Assembly: GCA_032718475.1 (NCBI GenBank)
Contig: JAUCBJ010003349.1
Span: 19,666-83,665 of the forward strand
Direction: 5' to 3'
DNA: 64,000 nucleotides
Origin: Nemertoderma westbladi
Lineage: Eukaryota; Animalia; Xenacoelomorpha
In this document: in pieces, positions 23,072-36,670 of the stretch
Numbering within the stretch: the stretch's first letter is position 1
Layout: each line of letters begins with the position of its first letter
Position numbers and translations under genes: made by a program
Notes under the pieces: generated by a model
Told to the model about the DNA's origin: nothing
Databases searched by the model: none
The model's input: only the letters and a program-made list of their open reading frames with translations

Positions 23072-26000
23072 TATGGATAGTAATATGTTGTTCATTCTGT
23101 CATATGAATGTAACTAGACATAATTATTTATGACACCTAAAGTCGCATTTTGAAGTTTATTCTTGTTTTAAGTGTCATGTCACGACTTCAAGCGGTGAAA
23201 TTTGTAAACGACATGAATCAACTACGGGTTGTAAAGAAATGGTGTTTCGCACCTATCAATTGACTTGTTCTACGTGTAATAAAGATTACTCATATGAGAA
23301 TTATTTACGACACGACTGTCACTTGAAATGTTATTACACAAGAAAGCGTAAATCAACGCAACATAAAAATATAATATCTAGAAAAAACGTAAGACTGGCT
23401 CTTGGTACATGTGCAACAATTTTTACTCGGGAACAAGCCACTCACGATAATCGTCTTGAAATTTATGTCCATGACCTTCCAACTTCTAGAGATTATCCCG
23501 ATGTAGAAACAGCATTAGCGCAAATTCGAGGTAATATTCTTCAGTTAATATTAGACAGATTGAAAGAAATGAATGTTCTTAGACTGTGGTTAGGTCTAAA
23601 TGTATTAATGAACAGAACACATTTTTCAGAAGGTGAGCAATTAGAAACCCTTTATTTTAATTCTTCCAGTGGTGCTATTAATACTATAGATTCATCAGAA
23701 AGTTTTGATATTTGGTCTGAGTATGTTTTAGAAAATATATTACAAAAAATAGCCATGTTTAACAAACGTGGTTCAGGCTGATGCAATAAATCTTTATTAA
23801 GAGTTGAAATTAAATTAGCTGATTCTAAGTGTAGGTCGTTACTATATAAGGGACATGGATATATGGAATTACCTACGGCTATATCGAGTAAACCATGTAC
23901 AATAAATGTACAAAATAACCGCAAAATTTAGTTTAGTCATTTCATTTTTGACAACGGGAAAAATGATTATCCAACAGAGTGGCAGTTAGCGATTCAACTT
24001 TTTGAAAAACAAAATTCGAAATATATAATTAATTTATTATGCTGGAATAACAACAAACAGACCCCTGTATCTATATTAAGACAACCTCCATTTAGTAAAA
24101 TTACACCAGATAAAGAGTTATTAAATATATTACTTGTAGTAAAAAATAACAATGCATCTAAACAAATTCATTATGTTTGTATAACTAACTTGAATCGATT
24201 GCTGAATACGAGAGCTCTACATATCCGCAATAGATAATATTGCGAAAGGTGTTTAACCCATTTCTACCGCAAGGATGTTCTCCAACGACACCGTCTTGCA
24301 TGTTATCAAGGAAGAAGTCAACGTGAGAAATTACCTAATAAAAAAAGAACACATATTAGTTTTACAAATTTAGATAGAACCTTATCCCCACTGTTTGTCA
24401 CCTACTCCGATATAGAATGTATCTTACAACCCTCAGTTAATAATAATAATAATCAATTTACACATAAGCATATACCGTGTGCTGTGAGTTATTTAATTGT
24501 TCCAATTAGTGAATTAATTGATCCTCCAAAATGTCATTTGAAAACATTCGTAAAGTCAAATAATAATAATAATTGTATTCAAGATTTCTTAGATTCATTA
24601 TATACTAATTTAACTGAATTATGTCGCTGGTCAGAATTATATACCCATAAAAGTATGTTATTTAATAATATTCATTTTTTAAATTTTGAACAGGCAAAAA
24701 TTTGTGTATATTGTAATGTTACTTTAAATAATAATATAGGGAAAAACAGACATCACTCACATATTACAGGTAAATATATCGTAGCAGCCTGTAATAGTTG
24801 TAACCGAAGTTTATCATTGAAACGATACCTGTATGTACTTTGAGGGCACAATGCCAATAACTACGATATACATTGTATATTACAAACCGGATTTAGAGAT
24901 AAGAAATACACGGATTGGGATATAAAGGTTATACCGAGAAATACAGAACGATATATTTCACTGAGTGCATTTATCCCAATTAAAAACACTTCTAAAAAAA
25001 TTGAGTTACATGTCTTAGACACATATCAATTTTTAAGCTTTTCCCTAAGTAATTTAGTTGAATGTTCAACAAAGGATGTAGCGAGTCATGATATAAGCTC
25101 AATTTTACCTATTACTCTACAAGAAATGAAATATTTTTATCCAAACTTGAATAACTCAACAATTAATCAGAAAGGAGTATTTCCATACGAGTACTTGACA
25201 GATATAAATAAATTTAATGATACCGGTTTACCATCTATAAATAATTTTTTTAGTAACTTAAGTCAAAAAACATGTACAATTGAAGATTATAGGTTTGCTG
25301 GATTATCATGGGTAGAATTCGACTGTGTGAATCTCAAAGATTATCTTTTAGCCTATTTAAAACTCGATGTTTGTTTGCTTGCTGATATATTTGAGAATTT
25401 TAGGAATGTTTGTAAACAAAATTACGATTTAGAAGTGGTTTTTTACTGCAGTATCGCATCATTTACATATGATTGCGCGCTAAAATATAATAAATGTAAA
25501 ATATAATTAATAAAGGATTACCAGACATACAGAGATTTTGAAAAATCAATTAGGGGTGGTGTTTCATTTTGTCGTAAGCATTATATAGAATCAAATATAC
25601 CCGAAACAAGTACATATGATTCTACTAAGGAAGAATGTCATATTTTTAATATTGATTTCAACTCATTATATTCTGGGAATTTAAGTAAAAACTACCCACC
25701 TCACAATTCAAAGAAGTAAGTATTAAACATTTAGAGAATGCAATTCCAGAAGAACTAATCGAGTACATGGTAGATTTAGACAATGACGGATCTACAGGAT
25801 ATTTTTTAATATGTGATTTAAAATACCCCAAAGCTATTCACGATCACATTACAATTACTGTTAGCCCCCGAGCATTTAAGTATAAATGAATAAATGCTTT
25901 CACCGTATATGAGGGAACAATTTAATAACTTATCGGAATAAAGAGGCACCTCCGGTAAATATAAGATGTCTACAGCAAAACTCTTGCTGACGCAATTTGA

Positions 26001-26850
26001 TAAAGAATTTTATCATTTACATTTGAAACTGTTAAAATTTTATATAAAACAAGGATTAATTGTTACTAAACTACATAAATTATATTCTTTTCAACAAGAA
26101 TTTGTATTTAAAAATTACATAGATTTTAATATTAATCAAAGGCGACTAGCAAAAAGTTACATTGAAATGGCCGTCGCGAAGCTGCTTAATAACTCTTTAT
26201 TTGGTAAGTCAATAGAAAAGATATGGGACGGGATCGATGTAACTTTCGTATTGCAAATGGCAATGAGAAATGTGACCAATTGGTGAAACGTATTAATCAT
26301 GAACAATTTATAATATACAATAATACATTATCGGGCCATTTATTGGTACCTCTTTGGCAACTCTTGATAAGCCTATTTTTATTGGCAGCGCAGTGTTGGA
26401 TTTAGCCAAACTCGATTTATATGAGCTATACTAAGATAAATTACTTCTAATACAAAAAGAATTAAACTGCCGAATAGAAATTGTAGCATCAGATACAGAC
26501 TCTTTAATAGGTTGTTATTATAATACATCACAGAGTACCTCCAATTACCCACCGGATCACCCACTTTGTAGTAACATAAATAAATCGAAACTTTATTACT
26601 GTAAAGATGAACTAGCCTCATGTGAAATTAAACAAGCAGTATTTTTAAGACCAAAATTATATTCAATTTTGGAATGAAATAGCAGAAATATTCGCAGAGC
26701 AAAAGGTATTACAAGAGCTGTTGTGGAAAAGAATATTACTCATGAAGAATATTTAAAAGCATATAACACAAATGAAGAAATAAAAAAAAATACACAGAAT
26801 AACTTAATAACAGAAAAATACACTTCCTTGGGGGCACTATAAAACAAAGC
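23072..26850 (+). pseudogene. Protein-primed family B DNA polymerase (Polinton/Maverick-type) with many stops and frameshifts
   Basis: N-terminal Cys/His fingers; HYVCITNLNRLL; CERCL...HRLAC; ExoI YSDIE; EndoVII-like CVYC...HHSHITGKYIVAACNSCN; ExoII HNANNYD; KGVFPYEY; ExoIII YLKLDV; SIRGG; motif A IDFNSLY; motif B KLLNNSLFGK; motif C DTDSL; LRPKLYS; AKGI. Confidence 0.9.
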
Positions 26851-27698
26851 TTAAAAAACCTATAAAAAAATCAAATATACCAATTTATAAAGAACCAGAA
26901 GATGAATTATCAAATAATAAAAAAAAATATAAGTTGTAAGCAGATCATTTTTGGACTTAATCCCCTGTTAGCAGTATATTACCGGTACTATACTACTGTA
27001 CTACACTGACTGCACCGAACCTAACACTGTCAGACTTCCTGGTACCAACGAATACGGAGTTCTAGAGTAGAACTTAGAACTTAGAACCGCGTCACCTGTA
27101 TTCTGCGTTAGTCCTACTCGCGATGCCCTGCTGCACTTGCAGTAGCTCTGGCTCGGGTAGCCGTTGTAAGAGGTGCGCCTGCGTAAATGCGGGACGTGTT
27201 TGTACAAACTGCGCACCAGGATGAAGGGGAACTGTTTCAACGGCGGGGGGACATCTTCCTCACAGTCATTGCCTTACCCCTACCGAGAGAAGCTTATATC
27301 CATTGATTCCGTTCCGGGTTCACTTTCGCAGCCGTTGCCAGCGGATAGTGGATAGTGGTGGTTGGTTATCAGGATAAGAGCTGAAGAGGGAGATGATGAC
27401 TGGCATGACAGCATGACACATTGGTGGACTTTGATGCAACGTTAACTAATGTAACCAGTCTTTTGAGTATCCCAGCGTCCAGCGAGTCGGGTGTCCCAGT
27501 GGCCAATGCATCGGGTGCCCACCAAGCTCCAACGTCGTTTGTTGTCACCAACCAGGTCCCCATTGTTACAGGTATTGTGGCTGCCCCCCCCCCCCCCCTG
27601 CCCACTGCCCCAATGGTGTCAGGGGCTGTCCCCCAAGTTCCCACGGTGCCAGGAGTTGTCCCATTCTGCTAAGTACTGAAGTAGGGCATCTACGCTGA

Positions 27699-28448
27699 AT
27701 GCGTTCGGCGCACAATTTTTTCCAGTATTTGGAGCAGGCTCAGAAAATTGAGAGCGCGGCGCCGCGCAGGCGCAGTAAATCGGATACAGTAAATGACCTC
27801 ATTGAGTCAAACAAGCGAAATAACATCCCATTAGCTGATCGTCGTGCGGAACTTACTTCCGAGAACAGGCAGCAACAGCAAACTCATTCTTTGAGGGACA
27901 ACAGAAATGAGGCTGAGCAGAGAGATAACAAGCGAATGAACATAATTATGCATAATGTTCCAATTCCTGACTCAACAAACAGCAGTCATCGAGGTGATTA
28001 CGATACAAAGATAATCAATGCTTGCCTTGGGGAAATTGGATGTAATGACATTCAGCCACGATCAACCAGGCGACTTCGTCGCTTTGTAAATCATCGACCT
28101 TTTGGTTTCTGTGATAAGGTTGTAGTGACTTTCCGACAAGAATCTGACAAATGGAAGGTTCTCAATTCATTATACAGTCGTGAAAGCAACATTGTATCTG
28201 TCACTCTTCCAACTAATGATATACAGGCGTTTCGTATCACTCCAGATAGGACTCGCCGGGAACTGGAGTCTGTTCGGCAGCGATATGCAGCCAAGAATAA
28301 TCGGAACACTACTGCTTCTGTCACACAGGAAACTGTTTCATTAAACAATTCTATAAATATTGCCATCACACCTACACTCGCAAATGATACATTTCCTGGG
28401 CAGCACTCTCAAAACAGCCCGTCAAGTGCTACTGGTGGACCACAATGA
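27699..28448 (+). CDS. LINE ORF1 (CR1-type RRM/CTD-like); start uncertain
   Basis: EAEQRDNKRMNIIMHNVP...RRL...VVVTF...KWKVL...FRITPDRTRRE pattern; its TGA overlaps an ATG (ATGA, 28445-28448) ahead of ORF2. Confidence 0.7.
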   Translation: MRSAHNFFQYLEQAQKIESAAPRRRSKSDTVNDLIESNKRNNIPLADRRAELTSENRQQQQTHSLRDNRNEAEQRDNKRMNIIMHNVPIPDSTNSSHRGDYDTKIINACLGEIGCNDIQPRSTRRLRRFVNHRPFGFCDKVVVTFRQESDKWKVLNSLYSRESNIVSVTLPTNDIQAFRITPDRTRRELESVRQRYAAKNNRNTTASVTQETVSLNNSINIAITPTLANDTFPGQHSQNSPSSATGGPQ

Positions 28449-31400
28449 CATCAGCTAACAGACAGAATCTACATTCAACATGCAAACCATGGATTCACCA
28501 TACCCCTGGCTAGAGGAATTTGATGGACGTGGTGTTCATGCTGCCCATATTAACATCCAAAGTCTAAAGCCCAAAATCCCCGAATTGAGAATAATCATGA
28601 ACTCTTGTCGGATACACGTGCTAATGGTCACCGAAACATGGCTGGATGCTTCTGTGCCAGATGAGGAAGTAACGATTTCCGGCTACAAAATCTACAGGCA
28701 TGACAGACATAGAAATGGAGTCTCTTTACCCTGGGGTGGAGTCGCAATATATGTAGAAAATAATTTATCTTTTGTAAAGGAATTCACTCATCCCTATTCC
28801 GAAATATTATTTGGTAACCTCTTCCTACCATACACCAAACCAATTCTGTTAGAGGTTATTTATCGACCTCAATATGACAACGACATATCCATAGAGTGAC
28901 ATATCCCAATATAAGGAAGTATATATACTCGGTGATACAAATACAGATATCCTACTACCTAAGCAGAATACAAATGCATCTTCAACAGACATCAACAAAC
29001 TAACTAACTTTTGTAATTCTGTTGGCTTAAAACAAATTATAAATGAACCTACACGTGTAACGGAAAACAGCAGCACCTGTATCGACCATGTATTTGTCGG
29101 AGCAACTCCAATGGTCAAAAGGAGTGGAGTTATTAAGACATGTTTGAGTGACCATTATATGGTATTTTTAACAAGGAAAAAGGAGAGATTGACATTGAAT
29201 CGTCATACAACTATAAACTGCCGAAACTATTCAAGATATTCAAAAGAAGCACTATTACAAATGATTAAGTCAAACGCAGTCATCCAGCAAATCTCCCAAC
29301 AGTCACAAATCGAGATTGCAGCACAGCAACTCAGTGAGGAGTTAAAATCCATAATTGACACACTCGCACCCATGCGTACCAGACGAATAAAGGTTAGATC
29401 TGAAAAATGGATAGATGGTGAAATATTGACTGCAATAACACTACGTAACAAAGCATTCAAACGATACTCCAGTAGTAGGTCATCATCACATGATCATTCC
29501 GAATACAAGCATCTTCGAAATGAAGTAACGACACTTATTCGTCAGAAGAAATCCGATTACATCAAAGAGCAGATAGAGTCAAATAAAGACAACACAAAAG
29601 CGCTTGGGAAGATCTTTAAAGTCGCTTGGTGTTCCATCCAAAAAGCAATCCACTACACCTTCAGGATTATTGATCGAGGGGGAGATTTCGCAAGATACAG
29701 ATATAATATGCAATCATTTCAATGACTATTTCTCAAGCATTGCTGAAAAACTTGTGGATAAACTACCTCCACCAACAGGCGAATATGGATACATACCTAC
29801 ATCCAAGTACTATGAAGGATTAGGGATACATCAGAACAGCTTTTCTTTTCACACAACTAGTATATCAGCCATTTTCGATATATTACGCAGTCTGGATATA
29901 GGGATAAGTACAGGACCTGACGGTATACCTGCCAAAATTGTTAGAGATGGTGCTGACCTTATTGCACAACCCCTAACTCACATAGCCAACATATCTATCG
30001 GAAATGGAATATTTCCTTCGGTGTATAAATATGCCAAGGTGGTACCAATTTTCAAAAAAGGTTCTCACACTGCTGTAGAAAATTATAGACCTGTGTCCCT
30101 TTTACCGATTCTTTCCAAAGTTCTAGAACGTATTGTACACGATCAATTAACATTATATTTTAACAGCAACAACATTATAAATAAATATCAATCGGGATTT
30201 AGAGCTGGCTACTCTACAAATACTAGTCTAATGTTTGTTGACAACTTCATCATTGATGCTATGGATAATGGATGTTTAACTGGAATGGTGTTAATTGACT
30301 TCAGCAAAGCCTTCGACACAATCAATCATTCTCTCCTAATCCAGAAGTTTAAACTGTTGGGTTTCTCTGATCTAGCTACACAATGGTTGACTTCATATAT
30401 ATCTGGGCGGAAACAATTTGTCTGTCTTAATGGTACGTCCTCAAAACCATTGAATGTCAACCACGGTTTTCCCCAGGGGTCTATCTTGGGTCCTGATCTC
30501 TACACAGGAAATACTAATGATTATCCCCAATCTATCAATGTTATGGCTCCAATTTTTGCAGACGATACAAATCTTATTTTTTCTGCTCCAGATGCTGAAT
30601 CAATATCACAATCATTATCCGAGAATATGGAACAAACATTCAGTTGGTGTGTGGAAAATCGACTGAGCATAAACCTCAAGAAAACTAAAGTAATTTGTTT
30701 TGGAACCCATCAGCGGCTTGCGAGAGGGTCGGAACTCAGAGTAACGTGCAATGGGACGGTTCTTCCCCAGGAAAATGTAGTAACGTACCTGGGCTCTGAA
30801 CTCGATGAAACACTCTCCGGTGACAGTATGGTAACTGCAATAATAAAAAAAGGAAACAGCCGACTGAAATTCCTTCACCGTCAAGGGGCTGTCCTCAATC
30901 CCCACACTCGGCGCATTCTATGTATGGCTCTCATACAGCCACATATGGATTACGCAGCAAGTTGCTGGTTCTTCTCGATTGCGCACCGTAAGCGGGTCCA
31001 ACTTGAGTCCCTCCAACGTAAATGCGTTCGTTACTGCCTCGGTTTGGGTCCACGGACTCATATCGGTGCAAGCAGAATTTGCTACATTGAACTGGCTTCC
31101 ACTAAAAGAACGATGTGAGTCCGTTGTACTATCGCACATGTACAAAATTTGCAATGGCAATGGGCCGTCATACTTGCGTGACCTCATCAATTTCTCGGGG
31201 GAGAGCGGGACAACGAATGTACGTATTGCCCACCGGAAGGCGATAATCCCAAACAAGAACATGAAACACGGACAACTCGCCATCTCATATATGGGCCCAA
31301 CACTATGGAACGAGATCCCAGCCGCGATTACAAGATCTGTAAATCTGGAAACATTCAAACATAAATTAAAAGATCATTATTTAGACAAAATGCGTGCCAA

Positions 31401-31927
31401 GGAAGTTTCTTTATACACCTAATTGAGTCCCTTAAATATACTATTTTAATCGGTCACAACTACCACAACCATCATTTGTTTTTATTTAATAACTACATTT
31501 AATTAATTTATCAACTCTAATTAAAAATTTGCAACCCTAACCTAAGACACTAGTCTGACAGAAATTACCCATCCAAACTTCCAATCTACTGTTAATCACA
31601 ATGAATATTTTTATAATTAATTTGCGTCCAAACATTTACATTTTACTTTTAACCTCGGAGTCATCTCATTAATATTTTTAAAAACATTTTTACTAATCTT
31701 AACTTAATCCATTTTTATCAATTAATATTTTTAACCAACGCTATTTTAAATGCATTTTTACCAATGTACCTTATTACTTTTAGTTAGAGGATCCACATGA
31801 AAATGAGACTCAGTCTCTTGTGGCTATCCTCGGCCGCCAAATAGTACATAAATTATAGATTGCACTACCTGTATAGTTTAATGTGTAATTCTTGTGTAAA
31901 TAATAATAATAATAATAATAAAATAAA
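27790..31927 (+). mobile_element. CR1/L2-group LINE with (TAA)n tail; 5' end uncertain
   Basis: ORF1 + ORF2, ~500-bp 3' UTR, (TAA)n at about 31901-31921. Confidence 0.85.
28445..31422 (+). pseudogene. LINE ORF2 (APE endonuclease + RT), disrupted
   Basis: HINIQSL, VTETWL, GGVAIY, IYRP, SDH; RT GPDGIP, NYRPVSLL, QSGFR, LIDFSKAFD, GFPQGSILGP, FADD, YLG; one stop and several frameshifts. Confidence 0.92.
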
Positions 31928-34103
31928 TTTGTATAGCGCCAAATTTACAATAAATGTATAAATATCGTACAGTAGGCCTACTAATTTGGTGACTGTTATT
32001 TTAATCTGTTTTTTTAGTGTTGTTCTTGTTGTATATAACATATATTTGTATTTTATCTATCATTTGGCGCCAATAAACAAGTTCAAACAATCAAGTTCAA
32101 TCCAGAGCGCGGCGCCGCACAGGCGCAGAAAATTGATAGCGGGGCTCACTGCTACACTGGCTCAGACTTCCACTACAGCACTAAGTCAGTAAGTAAGTAC
32201 TGAGGTACTGAGGTAGGCCTACCCCTGGCCTGCTGGCAGTTTGCCGACTACCGGTAACAGGGTAATGACATACAGATAAGACTGTAAGAGATAGGCCTAA
32301 TAACTGAATAAACCCTCCTACTTCAGTACTTGGTGTGCTTCGGCTTCGGCCAGTAGGCAGGCAGGTAGGTCAGGTGGTAGGAGATTTCGCGCAGTATGCA
32401 GTATTCCTGCTGTGCGCGCCAATCTCGCGCAGAATTTCTGCTCTGCGCGCCAATCTCGCGCAGTGTTTCTGCTGCGCACGCGGATTTTGCACTGTTTTCG
32501 ACTGCGCAGGCGCACATTTTTTCCTGCGCCACGTCGCGTTCGGCGCACAAAAAAATCACTCAACAGAAGGGCGTGTAGGCCTATCTTACTGTCTTATCTA
32601 CTGATCTAGGCCTACTGTAATTTCTCCCATTGTTCATTCTTGTATAGGCCTATATTATTTACTTAACCCTCCCCCGGTAACGGGTGTAAAATAATACCCC
32701 AAGGGGATAAATTTTGATATTTTTCGACAATCTCTCATATTACAGTATTATGTATGTCCGTTCACAGCTTCATAGTACAGTCAGACAGTAGTAGCCTATC
32801 TTCCAAAAAAACGTGTAATCTACCGATTGTGTGGGCCAAAGCTATAAAATTTTGTTTATGAAAAATGTTATGCCCCTTAATTTGAAAACAACTTACAGAC
32901 TTAGTTAGGTAAGATGGGGTATAAAAATACCCCATTTGTTGCTGTATTGAATAACGTTATGGTGCTCGTTTAGTGGTGCTTTTTGTGGCTCATTTTGGTT
33001 TCATTGGAACAACAATCAGACAATGGTCGATTTAGTTGTAGGCCTACTAGAGGGAGAGGCATGTTTTAACTTTGACTTTTAAGACCAAATTATCAGTATT
33101 ATGAAGCTACCGGTACTGTATTGTGTTTCTGTAGGCCTATGGCCTGTATTTCTCAAGCCAAGACTTCGGCCTAATCGCGATGCGATAGATTGCTAAGTAT
33201 ATGTGAAAAACTCTTATTGCTGTATTGTTGGCTTTCTTAGTCAGTTAGTGGTGTTCTGGTCTTTTGGGTCTCATTTTGGGTTCATTGTAACTGCAATACC
33301 GGTACCGTATACTGGTATATAATTTAGTTGGACAATAATCACATTTTATGATCAAATCATCAGTACATGGTCAGTCGTAAATCAGCAGTCATGGCAGCAT
33401 GGTGTATATTTCATATTAGAATTCAAGATCTTGTTCTATTGCGAGGTGATATATCTGTATAGTATATATATATCACCTTGTGCCTTGTTGACTTTCTAGT
33501 GGTGTTATTTGATTCATTTTATGCTTATTGGAACTGCAATGCTCTAATTAGACCCATAACACCAGTTAAAAACCTACAATGAGAAACACTCTCACAGCGA
33601 ATGCTTCGCTATGATAGTATCTTGTTGCAAAATGCCCCATCGCGACGTTAACGATGATCGCGATTGTAGAGGGATGACTTTGGTGGCATTAAGCGTCGGG
33701 TAGACTTCAACCAAATTGAAAAAAAATTTCACAACTTAGCCTATTTTTTCACCATTTGGCAAATTATGGGAGGGGGATTGCAAGTGTTTTTTTGTTTAAT
33801 GTTACTTAAATGTCGTAATTAACGATAAATGACGGAAATGACGATAAAATTCATATTAATACCGGTAGGCCCTACCGGTATTCGTTTTTAAACTTTCTTT
33901 GTTGGTGGTTGGTGCACGTTTTATGCGATAGGACAGTAGGATCATGTTTTTTGGTTGGCGTAAATTTGTGTCGCTTGGTGCAAATTATTTTACGCACGGC
34001 GCACATCCGGCGTGCAAAACAGCCTGGTACGTAGTTCAGTAGTTTGTGAAAAGCTGTAAAGTAGGCCTACCTACCCTACACCGCTACACCTATACGATGC
34101 GAT

Positions 34104-36020
34104 ATGGTATTAACGAGAGCGCAGCGTCAACAACGTTCTACATTACAACTCGAGCATTTGTCGGACGATGAATTTAAAGAACTATTAATCTCGAAATCGA
34201 TAAATGATAAAGAAAAGCGTACCAGTAAATCATCTCGTGGAGTAAAATTGTCTAAAAAAAGTAAAAGCATGTCAGTGACAGCAAACGATACTTGTGCAAC
34301 GGAAGTTAACCACAACATTGAAGTCCCTTTAGTAAATATACCGGTAGCATCCCATTCGACCCCGCTTCAAATTGAACAAATTTCTTATGTTATTGGTAGT
34401 GGAACTGGTGGTGGTTCCGTATCTATTCCCATTTCAACGGAACTTAGATTTTCTAACGCAATAGCCAGTAGACCAAGACCATCCACACCATGTCAGAACG
34501 TAATAGAAGCCACAGCTATTCTACCGTTGAGTCCTCTTGTTATAACCTTATCAGATTCGCCAGCGTCATCTAATCCTGCACTTGTTCTGACATCTGTTAC
34601 TACATCAATCAATTCACCTGCAAGTTATATGGGTGTATCTAACTCTAACATGCCTAATAATTCACCTACCGGCAACGGACTTAGTAGGCCTTCGCCATCA
34701 AATAGCAATAGGCATATTCGTCCACCAAATACAGAACAACCACATGAATTGAGCATTACCGGTACCAACGGAACATCCGACCGAACATCACAATCGCGTT
34801 CGTTATGGGATCAACTTAGCATTAGGTTCTTAAGCAACCTTTTATTTAGCAGCTCTAATGAACATACTGTTGTCGGTAGGCCTGCCTCTAATAGTCTTCC
34901 ACATAGTTCTACATTAATTAACAGTTCTACCATTCTACAACCACATACTCTAACAACAACATCGATCAATTCAAATGTAGGCCTACCTCTTGGTTCAACT
35001 TCTACGACATCAAATATTACTTCTACTATACCGGTAGCAACGGTAGCACATACTTCTACCATACCAGTAGCGACGGTAGCGCATACTTCTACTATACCAA
35101 ATACCACTATTTCTGCAACATCAACATGTTCTTCTACTGAACCACCAGCACATACTTTCCCTTCAACGGTGATTCCTTCCTCGATGAACTCCGACCTGCC
35201 AATTCAGACCCGTAATACCTCCTCGCCCTTATTCACTTCCAGCTTTGTGGATGAGTTGTTTCTCCCATTTTATTCTGTCATTGACACTTTGTTGAAACCT
35301 TACACAGTTTTCGGATCCAACATTGGGAACCATCAATCTATTTTGAAGTTCTCGTTAAGCCAAAACCAGTGCAATGCGATAAACTTAACTACCGGTAACT
35401 CACAACTTCGCCACAAAATAATTTTGTGTTTCACTTGTTTGAATAGTGACGGTAATCCCGTCATAGACTATCCTTGTTTCGTTAACGTCATGTGCAACTC
35501 GAAGTTCGTTTTTATCGAGAAGCGATGTATGCGACCCATAGATATTACACTAACCTCCATTACTCGCTACCCTTCACGTAACTCGGTTGCTGTTAAGTGG
35601 ATACGGACTCCAGCTAATATTGGTAAAGCATGGCGGGCCGCTGTTTACTTAGTGAAGGAAGATTCAGTGGAGAATATATTTAACGAGATTTCAAATAAAA
35701 AGACCCTAGATTTTGGATACACTAAGCGAGTGATAGAGAGCTGCTTAAAGTCGACGTTAAACGATAGTTTGGATTTAGTCGGAAGCGACGCGACTGTATC
35801 TCTTGTCTGTCCGTTGAGTACCGTGCGAATGGAGACGCCAGCTAGGTCGATGTCCTGCGACCACATACAGTGTTTCGATCTGGAGTCCTACCTGGAGGTC
35901 CATAGACGGACCCCGAGATGGACCTGTCCTGTCTGCAGTCGTCTGGCCTACCCCAAGGACCTCGCTGTGGATCGCTTCTTCCAGGATATTCTATCCCAGA
36001 CGGACTCCGACGAGAAACAG
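34104..36020 (+). CDS. PIAS: PIAS-like SUMO E3 ligase, exon 1 (S/T-rich N-terminus, PINIT-like region, SP-RING)
   Basis: LPFYSVIDTLLKP, RPIDIT, and SP-RING VSLVCPLS...PARSMSCDHIQCFD...WTCPVC; donor CAG|GTGCGT at 36021, phase 0. Confidence 0.85.
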
Positions 36021-36670
36021 GTGCGTTCGTTTCGAAACTGGAGTCGATGCGTCTCATGACACAAGACTGAGTCAAATGTGACTCCGACATAAAAAAAATC
36101 TGTTTGTAAAATTTTTTGCCATTTTTACTCGAAGGAGAAGATACAGGAGACAGGGGACGGACCCTCCTGAATTTTTTTTGTCATTTGGTCGTGATTTGTT
36201 GTTTGTTGTGATTTTGAAATCAGCAGTCAGAAGGGTCCCCTGTATCTAACCAGTGCGCAGTTGTTGGGATGGGGGGGGGGGGGGGGCTTGACGCAAATCC
36301 CATTTCTGCGAAAAACTATAAGTCAATAGAGCAGATTATAGCTATCTGTTCCGCAATCTCTTGACCAATTAATCAAGGTGTCATATAAAGTGATTTAAAT
36401 GTCGTGAATTAAGATAATAACTATTGTTTTACTTCATTTACTCGACCTACATTTATTATATCCAATGTGAAATTTTAATCATTATAGTTAGACTTTCTTC
36501 TTGAAATTGTATCCAAATGATTTATACAGGTAGACGCTGGTTTTATATTAACCTGTTATGTTGTGACTTTACACTTACGGTTTTGCTTCCCTACTGACTC
36601 GTATCTCGTTGCATTCAGTAACAATAAATTAATAAACTCAACCTTTACGGCTTCTGTTGCTTCTTTGTAG

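Noticed and set aside
32667-32935. piggyBac-like element starting TTAA|CCCT
   Set aside because: Only one end is recognisable
36021-36059. PIAS ending at the ORF stop (36059)
   Set aside because: A GT donor at 36021 and the in-frame DGSW/SIM exon at 36671 indicate splicing
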